DNA of 64,000 nucleotides. It comes from an uncultured Phycisphaerales bacterium (GTDB lineage: Bacteria > Planctomycetota > Phycisphaerae > Tepidisphaerales > Tepidisphaeraceae). The position numbers and the translations under genes are program-made. Position 1 is the stretch's first letter. Each line of letters opens with the position of its first letter. The stretch covers positions 1-64,000 of the forward strand of contig CAVWLP010000003.1 in NCBI GenBank assembly GCA_963755915.1, read 5' to 3'. Shown piece after piece: positions 30,871 to 40,691 of this stretch. The notes under the pieces were generated by a model, which was not told the DNA's origin, ran no database searches, and was given only the letters and a program-made list of their open reading frames with translations.

Positions 30871-30985
30871 AGGGACACGTTTCGTCGCTTCCCCTAAACT
30901 TCCCCTGTGGATGTGCACTTCATGCAGAGCCGGTACTCGTTGCGGCTTTGTTTCGAGCGCTTTGCGCTCGAGGAGGTATGCGTCC

Positions 30986-32119
30986 ATGGCCAGTCTTCTC
31001 AAACGCGGGAGCAAGTTCTATATCCGCGTGTATGTTAATGGAAAAGCGAAGGATATCGCGACCAAAACCACCAACATCAAGATCGCGGAAAAGCTGTTGC
31101 AGAAGGTGGAATACGAGAATGCCACCGGCCAGCTTGCCACGGCCACCAGAACGCCGCTGGCCAAGCTGCTTGAGGATTTCGTCGCCCATCTCCGCGCAAA
31201 CCATCGGCAAAAGTCCGTCAAGAATGATCTCTCCCGGCTGCGGATGATCTTTGGTCCGCTGACGCCAGCCTTGGAACTTGCCGCCAAAAAGGACAATTTG
31301 ACAGGGGAAGTTCAGGGGAAGCCGCAAGAGCCGGAAGCCACGGAATTGCCCCGTGTGGTGGCCGAATATGCCGAACAAATCAATCCACCGCTGATCAACC
31401 GTTACCTGGATCACCGCGCGGCAGTCGTCGGCCCGAAAACTCTGAACGCCGACCGTGAAATTCTCTACCGGCTGTTCCGTTACGCCATCGAGCATCACGG
31501 CCTGGTCTATCCCGATCCACGTCTCAAGAATCCGGTGGACGGCGTTCGTCCCCGGAAGCTCCTGGCCCACGACATCCGGTTTCTCAACCCTGAGCAGATC
31601 AAATCCCAGTTGGAAGCGGTGAAGGATGAATCGGAACTGCATGCAGCCGTGGCGATTTTGATCTATGCGGGCCTCCGTCGTGAAGAGGCCTTGTGGCTCA
31701 CGCGCGAGGATCTGGACCGTAAGGCGGGCTTGATTCGCATTCGGGCCAAAACGATCGATAGCCAATTTTGGCAACCAAAGACTGGGCGAAATCGCTCCGT
31801 ACCGATCAGCACCGCGCTCGCGGCGGTCTTGGACAAATACAAACCATCGGCAGCCGGGCCTTGGTTGCTGCCAAGTCCCGAAGGCGTCCGATGGGATCCG
31901 GATAATTTCAGCCACAAGCTCGCCGATGAAAATGCGAAGGCAAAGCTGCCGTGGACGTGCTTGGATTTTCGGCACACGTTTGGTTCGATGCTGGCCCAGC
32001 GCGGCATCAGCCTGTACAAAATCAGCGCGATGATGGGCAACTCGCCGGAGATTTGCCGCCGGCATTACGCGGCGCTCATCCCGGACCAGTTTGTCGGCGA
32101 CGTGAATTTCGCGGCCTGA
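30986..32119 (+). CDS. int: Tyrosine recombinase/integrase
   Basis: AGGAGG Shine-Dalgarno; YAGLRREE, PKTG, DFRHTFGS, MGNS...HY. Confidence 0.96.
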   Translation: MASLLKRGSKFYIRVYVNGKAKDIATKTTNIKIAEKLLQKVEYENATGQLATATRTPLAKLLEDFVAHLRANHRQKSVKNDLSRLRMIFGPLTPALELAAKKDNLTGEVQGKPQEPEATELPRVVAEYAEQINPPLINRYLDHRAAVVGPKTLNADREILYRLFRYAIEHHGLVYPDPRLKNPVDGVRPRKLLAHDIRFLNPEQIKSQLEAVKDESELHAAVAILIYAGLRREEALWLTREDLDRKAGLIRIRAKTIDSQFWQPKTGRNRSVPISTALAAVLDKYKPSAAGPWLLPSPEGVRWDPDNFSHKLADENAKAKLPWTCLDFRHTFGSMLAQRGISLYKISAMMGNSPEICRRHYAALIPDQFVGDVNFAA

Positions 32120-32170
32120 GCGCAGAGGGTCAAAGCTGAACGCGCGACTGCGAGGACGGACAGGCTTGTG

Positions 32171-32752
32171 ATGGCGAAGGAACATCCCGATTTCCCGCGA
32201 CTGCTGGAGGCGATGAAAGTCGCCGCGGGCCGCGCTCGCCCATGGGCGGGCACGATTTTCCGCTCCGCGCCGCCGAAATGGGCCACCGGCAAGGAAATGC
32301 TCACCGGTGTTGGGAGCATGAAGTCCGGCGCTCGGTTTAACGCGCCCGGTAGCTTCCCCGCCATTTACGGCAGCACGACGCCAGAACTGGCCATGATTGA
32401 ATCGTTGGCCTATCAGCGCCGCGCCAATCTTCCGTTGGAGCGGGCAATGCCATTGGTGTTCAAAGCCATCTCGGTCGATGTCCAGCGGTGTGTGGACCTA
32501 ACCGAAGCCATGGTACTCGCTGATATCGGTCTGACACTCGATCAGATTCGGACCGAAACTTGGTGGCTGGCTCGGGCTCGCGGTGAGGAATCTTTGACCC
32601 AAGCGATTGGCCGGGCCGCTCACGACTGCGGCATCCAATCGCTTCTGGCCGCATCGGCGCACGCCGTGGATCAGGGCATCAACGTCATTGTATTACCGGA
32701 CCACCTCAAGCCGCCCAGCCGCGTAGCAGTGCTTCGACGCCCCACGAAATAA
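32171..32752 (+). CDS. RES-domain toxin
   Basis: IFR, GARFN, AIYGS...LAMIES, TQAIG, LLAASA, N.IV. Confidence 0.85.
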   Translation: MAKEHPDFPRLLEAMKVAAGRARPWAGTIFRSAPPKWATGKEMLTGVGSMKSGARFNAPGSFPAIYGSTTPELAMIESLAYQRRANLPLERAMPLVFKAISVDVQRCVDLTEAMVLADIGLTLDQIRTETWWLARARGEESLTQAIGRAAHDCGIQSLLAASAHAVDQGINVIVLPDHLKPPSRVAVLRRPTK

Positions 32753-32779
32753 TGGCCTCAATCGTCAATACGAATTCGT

Positions 32780-32823
32780 ACACGCATATTTGCGTGTTAT
32801 CGTGCTTGACTTTTTGCACGATA
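32780..32823 (+). promoter_or_regulatory. Two palindromes (candidate operators) around a TTGACT -35 box upstream of the antitoxin gene
   Basis: ACACGCA-tatt-TGCGTGT and TATCGTGC-N10-GCACGATA. Confidence 0.55.
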
Positions 32824-32853
32824 TAGGCAAGGATGTCTTAAGAGGTAACGATC

Positions 32854-33243
32854 ATGGCCGCGGCGATAAAGCACTCTCGCGTTCATTCGAAGGTACGCAA
32901 GCCGGTTTCCGGTCAGTCCGCCGGCGTCGAGGTGCGCGATTTGCGACGACGCCACGCGCTATCCCAGGGCCTTCTGGCTCGACTGCTTGACGTATCGCTG
33001 CGCACGGTTTCCGGTTTGGAATCCGGATCGGTCGTCCCGGCACAGCTTCGGCGAAACTTGGTGCAGGTGAATCGCCTTTGTGGTGCGTTGGCCGAAGCAA
33101 TGGAATCCAGCTACGTCGGCCGCTGGTTGGATGAGCCAAACGAAATGCTTGCCGGCCTTAAGCCGGTTGAAGCGGTCGAGCGAGGTCAGATCGACTTGGT
33201 ATGGCAGGTGGTCGAGGGATTGCGTTCAGGGTCGCAACTATAA
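32854..33243 (+). CDS. Xre-HTH / MbcA-ParS-type antitoxin
   Basis: HTH LSQGLLARLLDVSLRTVSGLE; C-terminal RWLDEPNEMLAGLKPVE. Confidence 0.85.
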   Translation: MAAAIKHSRVHSKVRKPVSGQSAGVEVRDLRRRHALSQGLLARLLDVSLRTVSGLESGSVVPAQLRRNLVQVNRLCGALAEAMESSYVGRWLDEPNEMLAGLKPVEAVERGQIDLVWQVVEGLRSGSQL

Positions 33244-33285
33244 CGCCTGCGCCTGTCGCTCGTGTGGATAACTTCCCATCTAACG

Positions 33286-33318
33286 CGAAGACCCCGCTCG
33301 AACGCGGGGTCTTCGTTT
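33286..33318. terminator. Intrinsic terminator between convergent genes
   Basis: CGAAGACCCCGC-tcgaac-GCGGGGTCTTCG-TTT. Confidence 0.75.
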
Positions 33319-33347
33319 CCCTTACTCAGACAGAACAAAGAAATCAT

Positions 33348-33593
33348 CTATGGTTCACGGCACCTCCTTTCGTAATCTTCGATATCCTTGAGCAGGTATC
33401 GCACGATGCCGTGCTTTCCATGCCCGAGGCAAAATGCTTTCACGCCCGCGGCCTCCAGATTTCGCCGCACGGTACTTCGATCACAGGCCCACCGATCGGC
33501 AACCGCCTTCAGGGAAACGTATCTTCCGCTGACCCTCTCGCTCTTCGATTGAGGTGATTTGGCCGACTCAGGCCATGCCAATTGATTGCTCAT
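33348..33593 (-). CDS. Excisionase/RDF-like winged-helix protein
   Basis: YVSLKAVADRWACDRSTVRR...G.VRY...DIEDYE; basic, 81 aa, convergent on the int operon. Confidence 0.7.
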   Translation of the reverse strand: MSNQLAWPESAKSPQSKSERVSGRYVSLKAVADRWACDRSTVRRNLEAAGVKAFCLGHGKHGIVRYLLKDIEDYERRCREP

Positions 33594-33846
33594 GGGTATT
33601 TCTGCCTTCTTAGGTCACAAAGGCTGACAGCATTGATCGTCTTCGACCGCCACCCGGACCTTCGCCGCTCTCCTCACAACCGGAGTTAGCATATTGTTCG
33701 GTATTGTCGAAGTCAACGGTTTATTTGACTTTATTCTTCCTGGCCGGCAGTGTTCGCTTTCGCGTCGCGCATTCTCTGTTGGCGACACAGCGTTTGGCAT
33801 ATTTAACCCCTTGCATACCGATGCATTAGGCCATAGAATGTGCCTT

Positions 33847-34098
33847 ATGGCCACTTCTCGCCAAACCCGCGGCGCTTCCAAACCGGAACCATCCCCCAAA
33901 ACGGTGCAAAGGACTTATCGGTTTGATAACAAGACTTTTGCTGCGTTTGAAGATGACTGCGCTCAGCATTTATCTAATCCGAAGCGGGTCATAGAAGCTC
34001 TGATCCTCCACTGGTTGGATGCGAGTGCCGAAGAGCGTGCCGCAATGGCTCAAATACATCGCCAGCGGATCGGGGCTGGTTCTCAGGACGAAGCATGA
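33847..34098 (+). CDS. Small ribbon-helix-helix-like regulator; paralog of 15413-15664
   Basis: PKTVQRTYRFD...AFEDDCA.HL.NPKRVIEALILHWLDAS. Confidence 0.7.
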   Translation: MATSRQTRGASKPEPSPKTVQRTYRFDNKTFAAFEDDCAQHLSNPKRVIEALILHWLDASAEERAAMAQIHRQRIGAGSQDEA

Positions 34099-34469
34099 GC
34101 CGCTTCGCATGAGAGTCTCGATTCGCAACGGTGTGGCCATTCGCCTTTGGTGATGCCGCGTCCAAAGGCCTCAGTGCGGTTGATTTCTAATAGCTGGGGC
34201 GAATCCACCCCGGCACACCCATCCACGGCGTTGCATTCTCAACTCTTTGTCTACCGCCAAGGCATTGGAAGGCAAAGCGTTACCGCAATAGGCGACAGCG
34301 ACGTTCTCGTGCCGATCCTGCGATTGGACCTCTAAGGCCGCCGTTGAACGGTGTTTGCCGTTAGATTCTGTCCGCTAAGGATATTGCCCTCAGAGTCGAT
34401 GTCGCCCAGCTAGGTCTTTGTCGGATCTCATCTGCGGCCCTTGGGATCGTCCGCTGGCGCGGCCCATTT

Positions 34470-35460
34470 TCAACGCGTGGTTGATCGTGGGTCGTCAAAA
34501 TGAAATGCCTCTCTGACCGCATAGTCTTCTGCCGCGAGGCCGATAACTTCGCAAATTGCGGAGATGGACCTTCCGGGCAATTCGCGAACGCGCTCAATGA
34601 AAACGATGTAATTGATAGCCGCCGAGATAGATCGCCGCGGAATCATTGCGGAAGCTTCACCCACCAAGTCTTCGATGCGCCTCAGAGCGTCCGTGGCCGA
34701 ATTCGCGTGAATGGTGGCAACACCGCCGGGATGGCCGGTGTTCCATGCCTTGAGCATCGCCAGGGCCTCCGGTCCCCGAACCTCGCCGATGATAATCCGA
34801 TCGGGACGCAAGCGCAGCGTCATGCGGAGCAAGTCGGTCATCGTCACCCGCGGCTCAGTGTTCTTCGTGAGCAATTCCACTTTGTCCTCTGCGGGGCATT
34901 GAAGTTCCTTCGTATCCTCAATCAGCACGATGCGGTCGCTCTTGAATGGCGGCTCGGCCAGGATCGCGTTGACCAGCGTGGTTTTTCCCGACCCTGTGCC
35001 GCCGGCAACCAGAATATTCTTCCGATCCACGACAGCCCGACGAATCACCTCGGCGCCAGCGGCCGGCAGGATTCCCTTGGCAACATAGTCATCAAGCGTG
35101 AACACGATCGATGCTCGCTTGCGAATGGTGAACACGGGCCGCTCTGCCAGCGGGGGCAACAAGCCCCTGAAATCGTTCGCCGCTGCGCGGCAGAACGCCG
35201 GCGACGGCAGGACGATCCGGTGTGACGGTCTCGCCCATATGGCTTGCCAGTAGCCGAATCGTCGTCTCGGCGGCCGATTGCTCGATTCGGCCCACTTTCT
35301 CGCGTCCAACGCCGGCCCGATCGACCCAAAGCGTCCCGTCCGGATTGGCCATGATCTCCACGACATCCGGTTGGGCCAGCGCATCGGCGATCAACGGCCC
35401 CAATGCGTGATAAAGGCTCTCCTGCTGTCGGTGGTGAACAGAATGTGAATTTGCCGCCAT
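34470..35460 (-). CDS. trbB: Conjugal transfer ATPase TrbB (VirB11), frameshifted
   Basis: VVEIMANPDG, GGTGSGKTT, IEDTKEL, LRLRPDRIIIGEVRG, WNTGHPGG. Confidence 0.95.
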
Positions 35461-35484
35461 AATTGAACTCCTTCGTGTTTGGAA

Positions 35485-36103
35485 TTACTTCTCGCCCCGC
35501 GGCTCGAACAATCCCCAGTTTCGTTCGGCTTTCTGCCCATTCGCTGCTGCTGGCCGGGTAGCTGTGCGGTCGGATGGACGCGCGACAACTCATGCGGGAA
35601 TCCGGTTTTTCAACGGGTAGCAACGGATCTGCCTTCCCGGTCACTGAAACTTCCCCCTGCGGTGTTTTCGATTCGCTCGGCGCGTCGAACTCCGGCAGCG
35701 GAATATCGCTGAGGATGGACTCGCCCTTGCGAAGATTCTTGGCCAGTGTGTCCAGATAGCCGTGAAAACGCTGCTTCCCGCTGAGGATCGCCGCGGCCTT
35801 GGTCGCCTCTGGAATCGGCGTGGTGTGGTTAAAGAAGGAGCGCATTCCAAGCCCAGCCATCTCTTTCAACACCGCGAGCTCCACGGCCAAGCGCTGGTCC
35901 AGCCGGCGCAGCGCGTGGAAGTTGCGCTCGACCGCCTTGAGAATTTCCTGCTCTCGCTCGCTGCGATAGGTGGACAGGAGCGATTCTTTCAAGGCTTCGA
36001 CGATGGCGGCCGACAGTGACACCTGCATGTTGGCAGAACGCTCCCTGGCCGCTTGAAGCAGTTGCGCGTCCAGATAGATTGTCACCTGGGCCAAGCGCTT
36101 CAT
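35485..36103 (-). CDS. CopG-like RHH protein of the traG-trbB locus (3' end uncertain, frameshifts)
   Basis: VTIYLD..LL, SLSAAIVEAL, LRRLD.RL, GKQRF..YL; canonical position. Confidence 0.75.
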
Positions 36104-37958
36104 GTGTATTCACCCTCGGAACGTGAGCGCTCGTCCGGAACTTCCCGGTCAACCTCGTCGTCAGGCACTGCGGGTGAACGGCCATCGGATAAGAGGCCGT
36201 TGTTGCCGGTTCCGGGCAACGTCAATTGCTGCCCCTTTCGGCCGCTCATGCAGCCAGTCGATTTTGGGTTTGGTCGGAACATTCAGGTACGCCGATTGGT
36301 CGGGCGCTGGCAGAAGCCGTTTTGTGAACGTCGGATCACTGTAGTACCGCACCCTCTTGACTGCGCATCGGCTTGTACCCGGTCACGAACATGAGCTGGT
36401 CGTCAACCGACAACTCCCGAATGTCCCCCGGTGAAAGAAGCGGCCGGACATGCTCGCTGTGGCTGATGTTCCTCATACCGATGTTGCGACCGGGTTCAGA
36501 ATAGCTTTCCCGGTACTCTGTGACCGTGCCGACCATCTGGCTGATGCGCTGGCAAGTGACGGTGTCGGCAGCGGCAAAGGTGCTGAGGATGTGGCAGTTG
36601 TCCAGGATCGTATTGTTGATGCCGTACTGCTCGATGATGTCGTTGAAGGATTGGACAATCAGGTGCGCCTTGATTCCGTATCCGGCCATCTGGCGCAGGT
36701 TCATCGTGAAAAAGTCCAACCGTCCGAGCGTCGGGAACTCATCGAGTGAAAGCAGCAGCCGGTGATTCTTCGGTCGGCCCGAACTGTCGCGATCCAGGAA
36801 TTCCATCAGCGCCCGGCAGGTTTGATTGATCATGAGCCGAACCAGCGGGCGCAATCGCGGCGAGTCCGATGGCGGCGGCTGGATGTAAAGCGTCATCGGC
36901 CGGTCCGCGCAGACCAGGTCGGCAAGCCGGAAATCGCTTGTGGCGGTGTTCCGGGCGATGATGTCGTCCGCCCAGAGTGTCAGATAGCTGGCCGCCGTGC
37001 CGGTCACGCTGGACTGAAACTTCGCCGGCTGGCGGCGCAATTCGTTGGCAACCAGCGCCACTTCCGGGTGAACTTCCGGCGCACCCGTTTGCGGATTGAA
37101 TCGGTGCGGCGTGGTAATCATCGCCACCGCAGTCCGCTTGAAATCCAGCAATCGCGCCCGCACCGTCGCCAAGTTCTTGAATTGATCCGGCTCGGCATAC
37201 AGCACATGCAGGATCAGCGCCACCAGAAATTGGCTGGCCTGCTGGTCCCAAATGTCCATCGTGTGCTTGGCGCCGGTGGGGTTGACCAGCATCTCGACGA
37301 TGTTCTGCGCATTGCGCACTTCGTTGTCGCCCTTGCGAATCTCAAAGAGCGGGTTGAAGCGGGCGCTGTCGGGCCGGGTGGGATTGAAGAACAGGCAGTA
37401 CCCGCGTCTGGAGCGCATGCCCGCGGTGATGTCCCACAACTCATTCTTCACGTCATAGGCGAGCACACTGCCGTTCCAATTCAGCAGGGTTGGAATGACG
37501 TGGCCGACGCCTTTGCCGGATCGGCTGGCGCCGGAGACAAGCTGATGTTCGGGGCCGTCGTAGGTGAGGTAACGATCAAAGGCATGTCCCAGGACTGTAC
37601 CCTGGCCAGTCAGCAGGCCCGCCCGCTTCATGTCGCGCTTGGTGGCCCAACGGTCTTTGCCGATCTCGCGCACGGGAATGTTGCGGCGCAATCGGCGCGC
37701 TCCAAGCAGCATGAGCGTGGCCAGAATGAATGCACCGCCGATGAACGCATATCCCTCGTTGAGCGTCTTGGGGATGTTGTCGCCAAAGTCGCGGGCCCAG
37801 GTGAAGATCGCCCACGGCGGATAAATAATGTGCGCGCCGATCCGCAAGCCGCCCAGATCGGGATGATAATCCAGCCGGTAGGCGACCCACTGGGTCGCCG
37901 CGATCAGTCCGGCCAGCAACACGATCAGATACGCAATGATGAGTCGTCGGGCGTTCAT
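36100..37958 (-). CDS. traG: Type IV coupling protein TraG/VirD4 (frameshift near 36350)
   Basis: ATQWVA, DGPEH, SRSGKGVG.VIPTLL.W, DVK.E.W, LDEFPTLGRLDFF, RPLLSPG. Confidence 0.95.
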
Positions 37959-39937
37959 TCGTCACCTCCCGGTCCATCCAAGCGACAGGCCAGCGTCCAG
38001 ATCCAGCGTTTGTCCCGCCGCCACTTCAACGGTCGCATCCTGCGCCGATGTGCGCTGCAGAGTGACTTCGCTGCCCGCGCCAACATCAGGGTCGTTGCGG
38101 ATGGGCGAGACGAAGACGCTCTCTTCCGCGATGACCACGGCCAGCTTGCCGGCGTGGAGGTGTTCGGTGCCGTGGTATTCGCCTGAGACCGTTCCGCCGC
38201 GAGGGAGTTCGTTCACCGGCAGGCCATACTTGGCAGCGAGCCGTTCCGCCACATCGGTGCGTTCTTCGGCGGCAAGGTTGTCCAGCGCATCGGGAAGCAA
38301 ATCGATATTCTTTTCGTCGCCGGAGCGCTGCGCATATCCGTTTTGAACCAGCCATTCGCGCCGCTGCTGCACCGCTTCCTGTACGGTTGGATTGTCAGCC
38401 GTCCGTGCATCCGGCCGCTGGCCGAACGCCTGGCGATCCAGCCAAGTCACTGCGTGCGCTTCGATCTGCTCGACCAATGAATGCTCGGCGATCACCCTCA
38501 CGTCGGTTCGTTGGCCGGTTCTCTGGCTGAATTGTGTAAACGCATCGGCATCGACGACGTAGGTACCATCCTCTGATGTGCGCACCCCTGCACCCTCAAA
38601 CCCGGCGACAAAACTCAATCGCGACGTGGCCGAACGCACATTCGACGCGATCTCCCGGTCAGTCGAATCCGGCTGAACCGTGCGCAGATACGCGTCATGC
38701 AACTCCGGCGAATAGACCCCGTCATTCGCTTTGGCGACGGCTGCGATCTGCTCGGTCACCAGCCGCCGCCGCTGTGTTCCCGCGCCCAGTTCGGCAATCG
38801 AGCCGATATCCAAGTCCCGATAAGCATCACTCTCCCGGACCTGGCCGTAATGGGCGCGCCCCGTTCCGTCACGGATGACGACAAACCGATCCTCTCCCAG
38901 CTCATCCGTGCTTGCCTTGGCAATGACAATCCCGGCCACGGGTGGCGATGGTTCGCCGCCGGCAATCATGCGCTCGACGCGCCCGGCTTCGCTTCCAAGG
39001 TGGCTGTAGAGTTGCTTGATGATGTCGTTGCGGTCGCCCAGTTCGCGCAATGCCTGTTTGAAATCCCCCTCAACCTGCCAGATTGTTCCACGCCCCTTGT
39101 GCGCCAAATCCATCTGCTCAAGGAACTGCAACCGGCCCATCACCAACCGCCGATCATCCGCGCCATAGCCGATGTGCTTGGACGGCGAAACGTCGATCTT
39201 GCCGTTCTCCAAATCCCGCTCGATCATCCGGTCCAGGGAGGTAAAGCGCTCCGCTTCCACCTCCTTGGACTTGGCCAATTGCACTTCCTGCGCGCTCCGC
39301 TCCCCCAAGAGCTCGGTCGCCACGTCCGATGCCCGGTCCCGGATTCCATACGATATATATTGTCGGGGGATGACCAGATCGGCCCCGTCCGGCTGCTTGC
39401 CGCGCAGCAGAACATGCGCATGCGGGTTGTCGGTGTTGTGGTGATTGACGGCGATCCATTGGAGCTTGGTGTCCAGATCCCGCTCCACCCGGCGCATGAC
39501 TTCGCGGATGTAGCTGGTCATGTCGGGGATGTCGCCGCCGCGCTCGGGCGACACGATCAGCCGGAAATGATGCCGGTCCTGCGCCCATTGGACGGCCTCC
39601 TGCCTGGCGTCCACTCCCTCGCGTGCGGCGTCATAGAACACGCCATGCTTGCCGTCGGCGCTGGCGCTTTCCCGCCCCAGGTAGGAGACATGGCGCGCCA
39701 AACTTCCCCGCGCCTTGCCGGGTTTGTGCCGGCTGACGTGCGCCTTGACGACGACGCGCTGGCGCATTCCCCGGCCAGCGGAACCGCCAGACAGGTACTT
39801 GCGCGTGCGCCCTTGAACCCGCGCAGCCGCCTGGCCAGCTCGCTGTTGACGCTCCGCTCTTTGCGGCGACTTCCTCCCATCCGGCCAATCTGGTCCGAGT
39901 CAACGCTGTTCGCCTGTCGCCTGAATCGTCTTGGCAT
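37955..39937 (-). CDS. virD2: VirD2-like relaxase with DUF3363 (frameshift near 39770)
   Basis: RVVVK, HVSYLGRE, DRHHFRLIVSPE, HHNTDNPHAH.LLRG, RFTSLDR, TWLDR. Confidence 0.93.
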
Positions 39938-40139
39938 ATCCGCCTCCGCTCTCAAAAGGACCTGAAAACTCGCAAGGTGAAAGCAACGTCTCCAGTCGAG
40001 CCATACGTTGCGGCAACCATGTGAGGAATCGTGACTTACAAATCCCACACCTTGATCCCTTTTACCTTGCCTTCCTTTCTTAATTACAAAAAATAGTTAA
40101 ACCCGATGGATTTAACTAAACCGATTATACCAAACAGAT

Positions 40140-40208
40140 GCCGAACGTCAAGTTCGGCCAGACTGATTTGAGTTCAGCCGGACAGTAATCTGTCTGGCTG
40201 GACTCAAA
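40140..40208. repeat. Two inverted repeats upstream of the relaxase (candidate oriT region)
   Basis: GCCGAAC-gtcaa-GTTCGGC, and TTTGAGTTCAGCCGGACAG-taat-CTGTCTGGCTGGACTCAAA (17 of 19 positions paired). Confidence 0.6.
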
Positions 40209-40322
40209 CGGATTCAAAAAAAATGGTGAGGATGGAGAGAGTTTTCGAGACGGGATTGTGGCCAACGATATAATGGAGCGAGTGTCATCTACTGGCAGTG
40301 CGAAGCGCTGCCGGAAGGATGC

Positions 40323-40676
40323 TTGCGATGGAGATTGCCGGATATGCTGCGATGGATTGGCGGCAGTTTGAAGTTCCTCTACTGGCTCGGCCTGCTGCAA
40401 CTGGCACGCTTTGCCGTGGTGCTATTCTGCATTGTTGAAGTCGTCGGCGTGTTGACGCTGTGGGCCTTTGCCTTCTCGGAATTGCTCGTGCATAACCGCC
40501 CGATCTTCTTCTGCATCCCCATCGGAGCATCGCTGCTTGTCGTCATTCAAGTGGCGTTGTGGCAGTTCACCTGGCTGCAACTGGCGCAACGTGGCGGTAA
40601 GTGGCGAGCGCTTGCCGAATGGTTCTCAAGCGTTGTCCGCTATCCCGTCGTGCGTCCGCCTCACCCATGGGAGTAA
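40323..40676 (+). CDS. Small membrane protein
   Basis: Two to three hydrophobic segments. Confidence 0.55.
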   Translation: MRWRLPDMLRWIGGSLKFLYWLGLLQLARFAVVLFCIVEVVGVLTLWAFAFSELLVHNRPIFFCIPIGASLLVVIQVALWQFTWLQLAQRGGKWRALAEWFSSVVRYPVVRPPHPWE

Positions 40677-40691
40677 ATTGGGGAATGACCG

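Noticed and set aside
30920-32185. Long antisense ORFs (also 36762-38186, 38697-39965, 7446-8381)
   Set aside because: Shadow ORFs opposite well-supported genes, as expected in GC-rich DNA.
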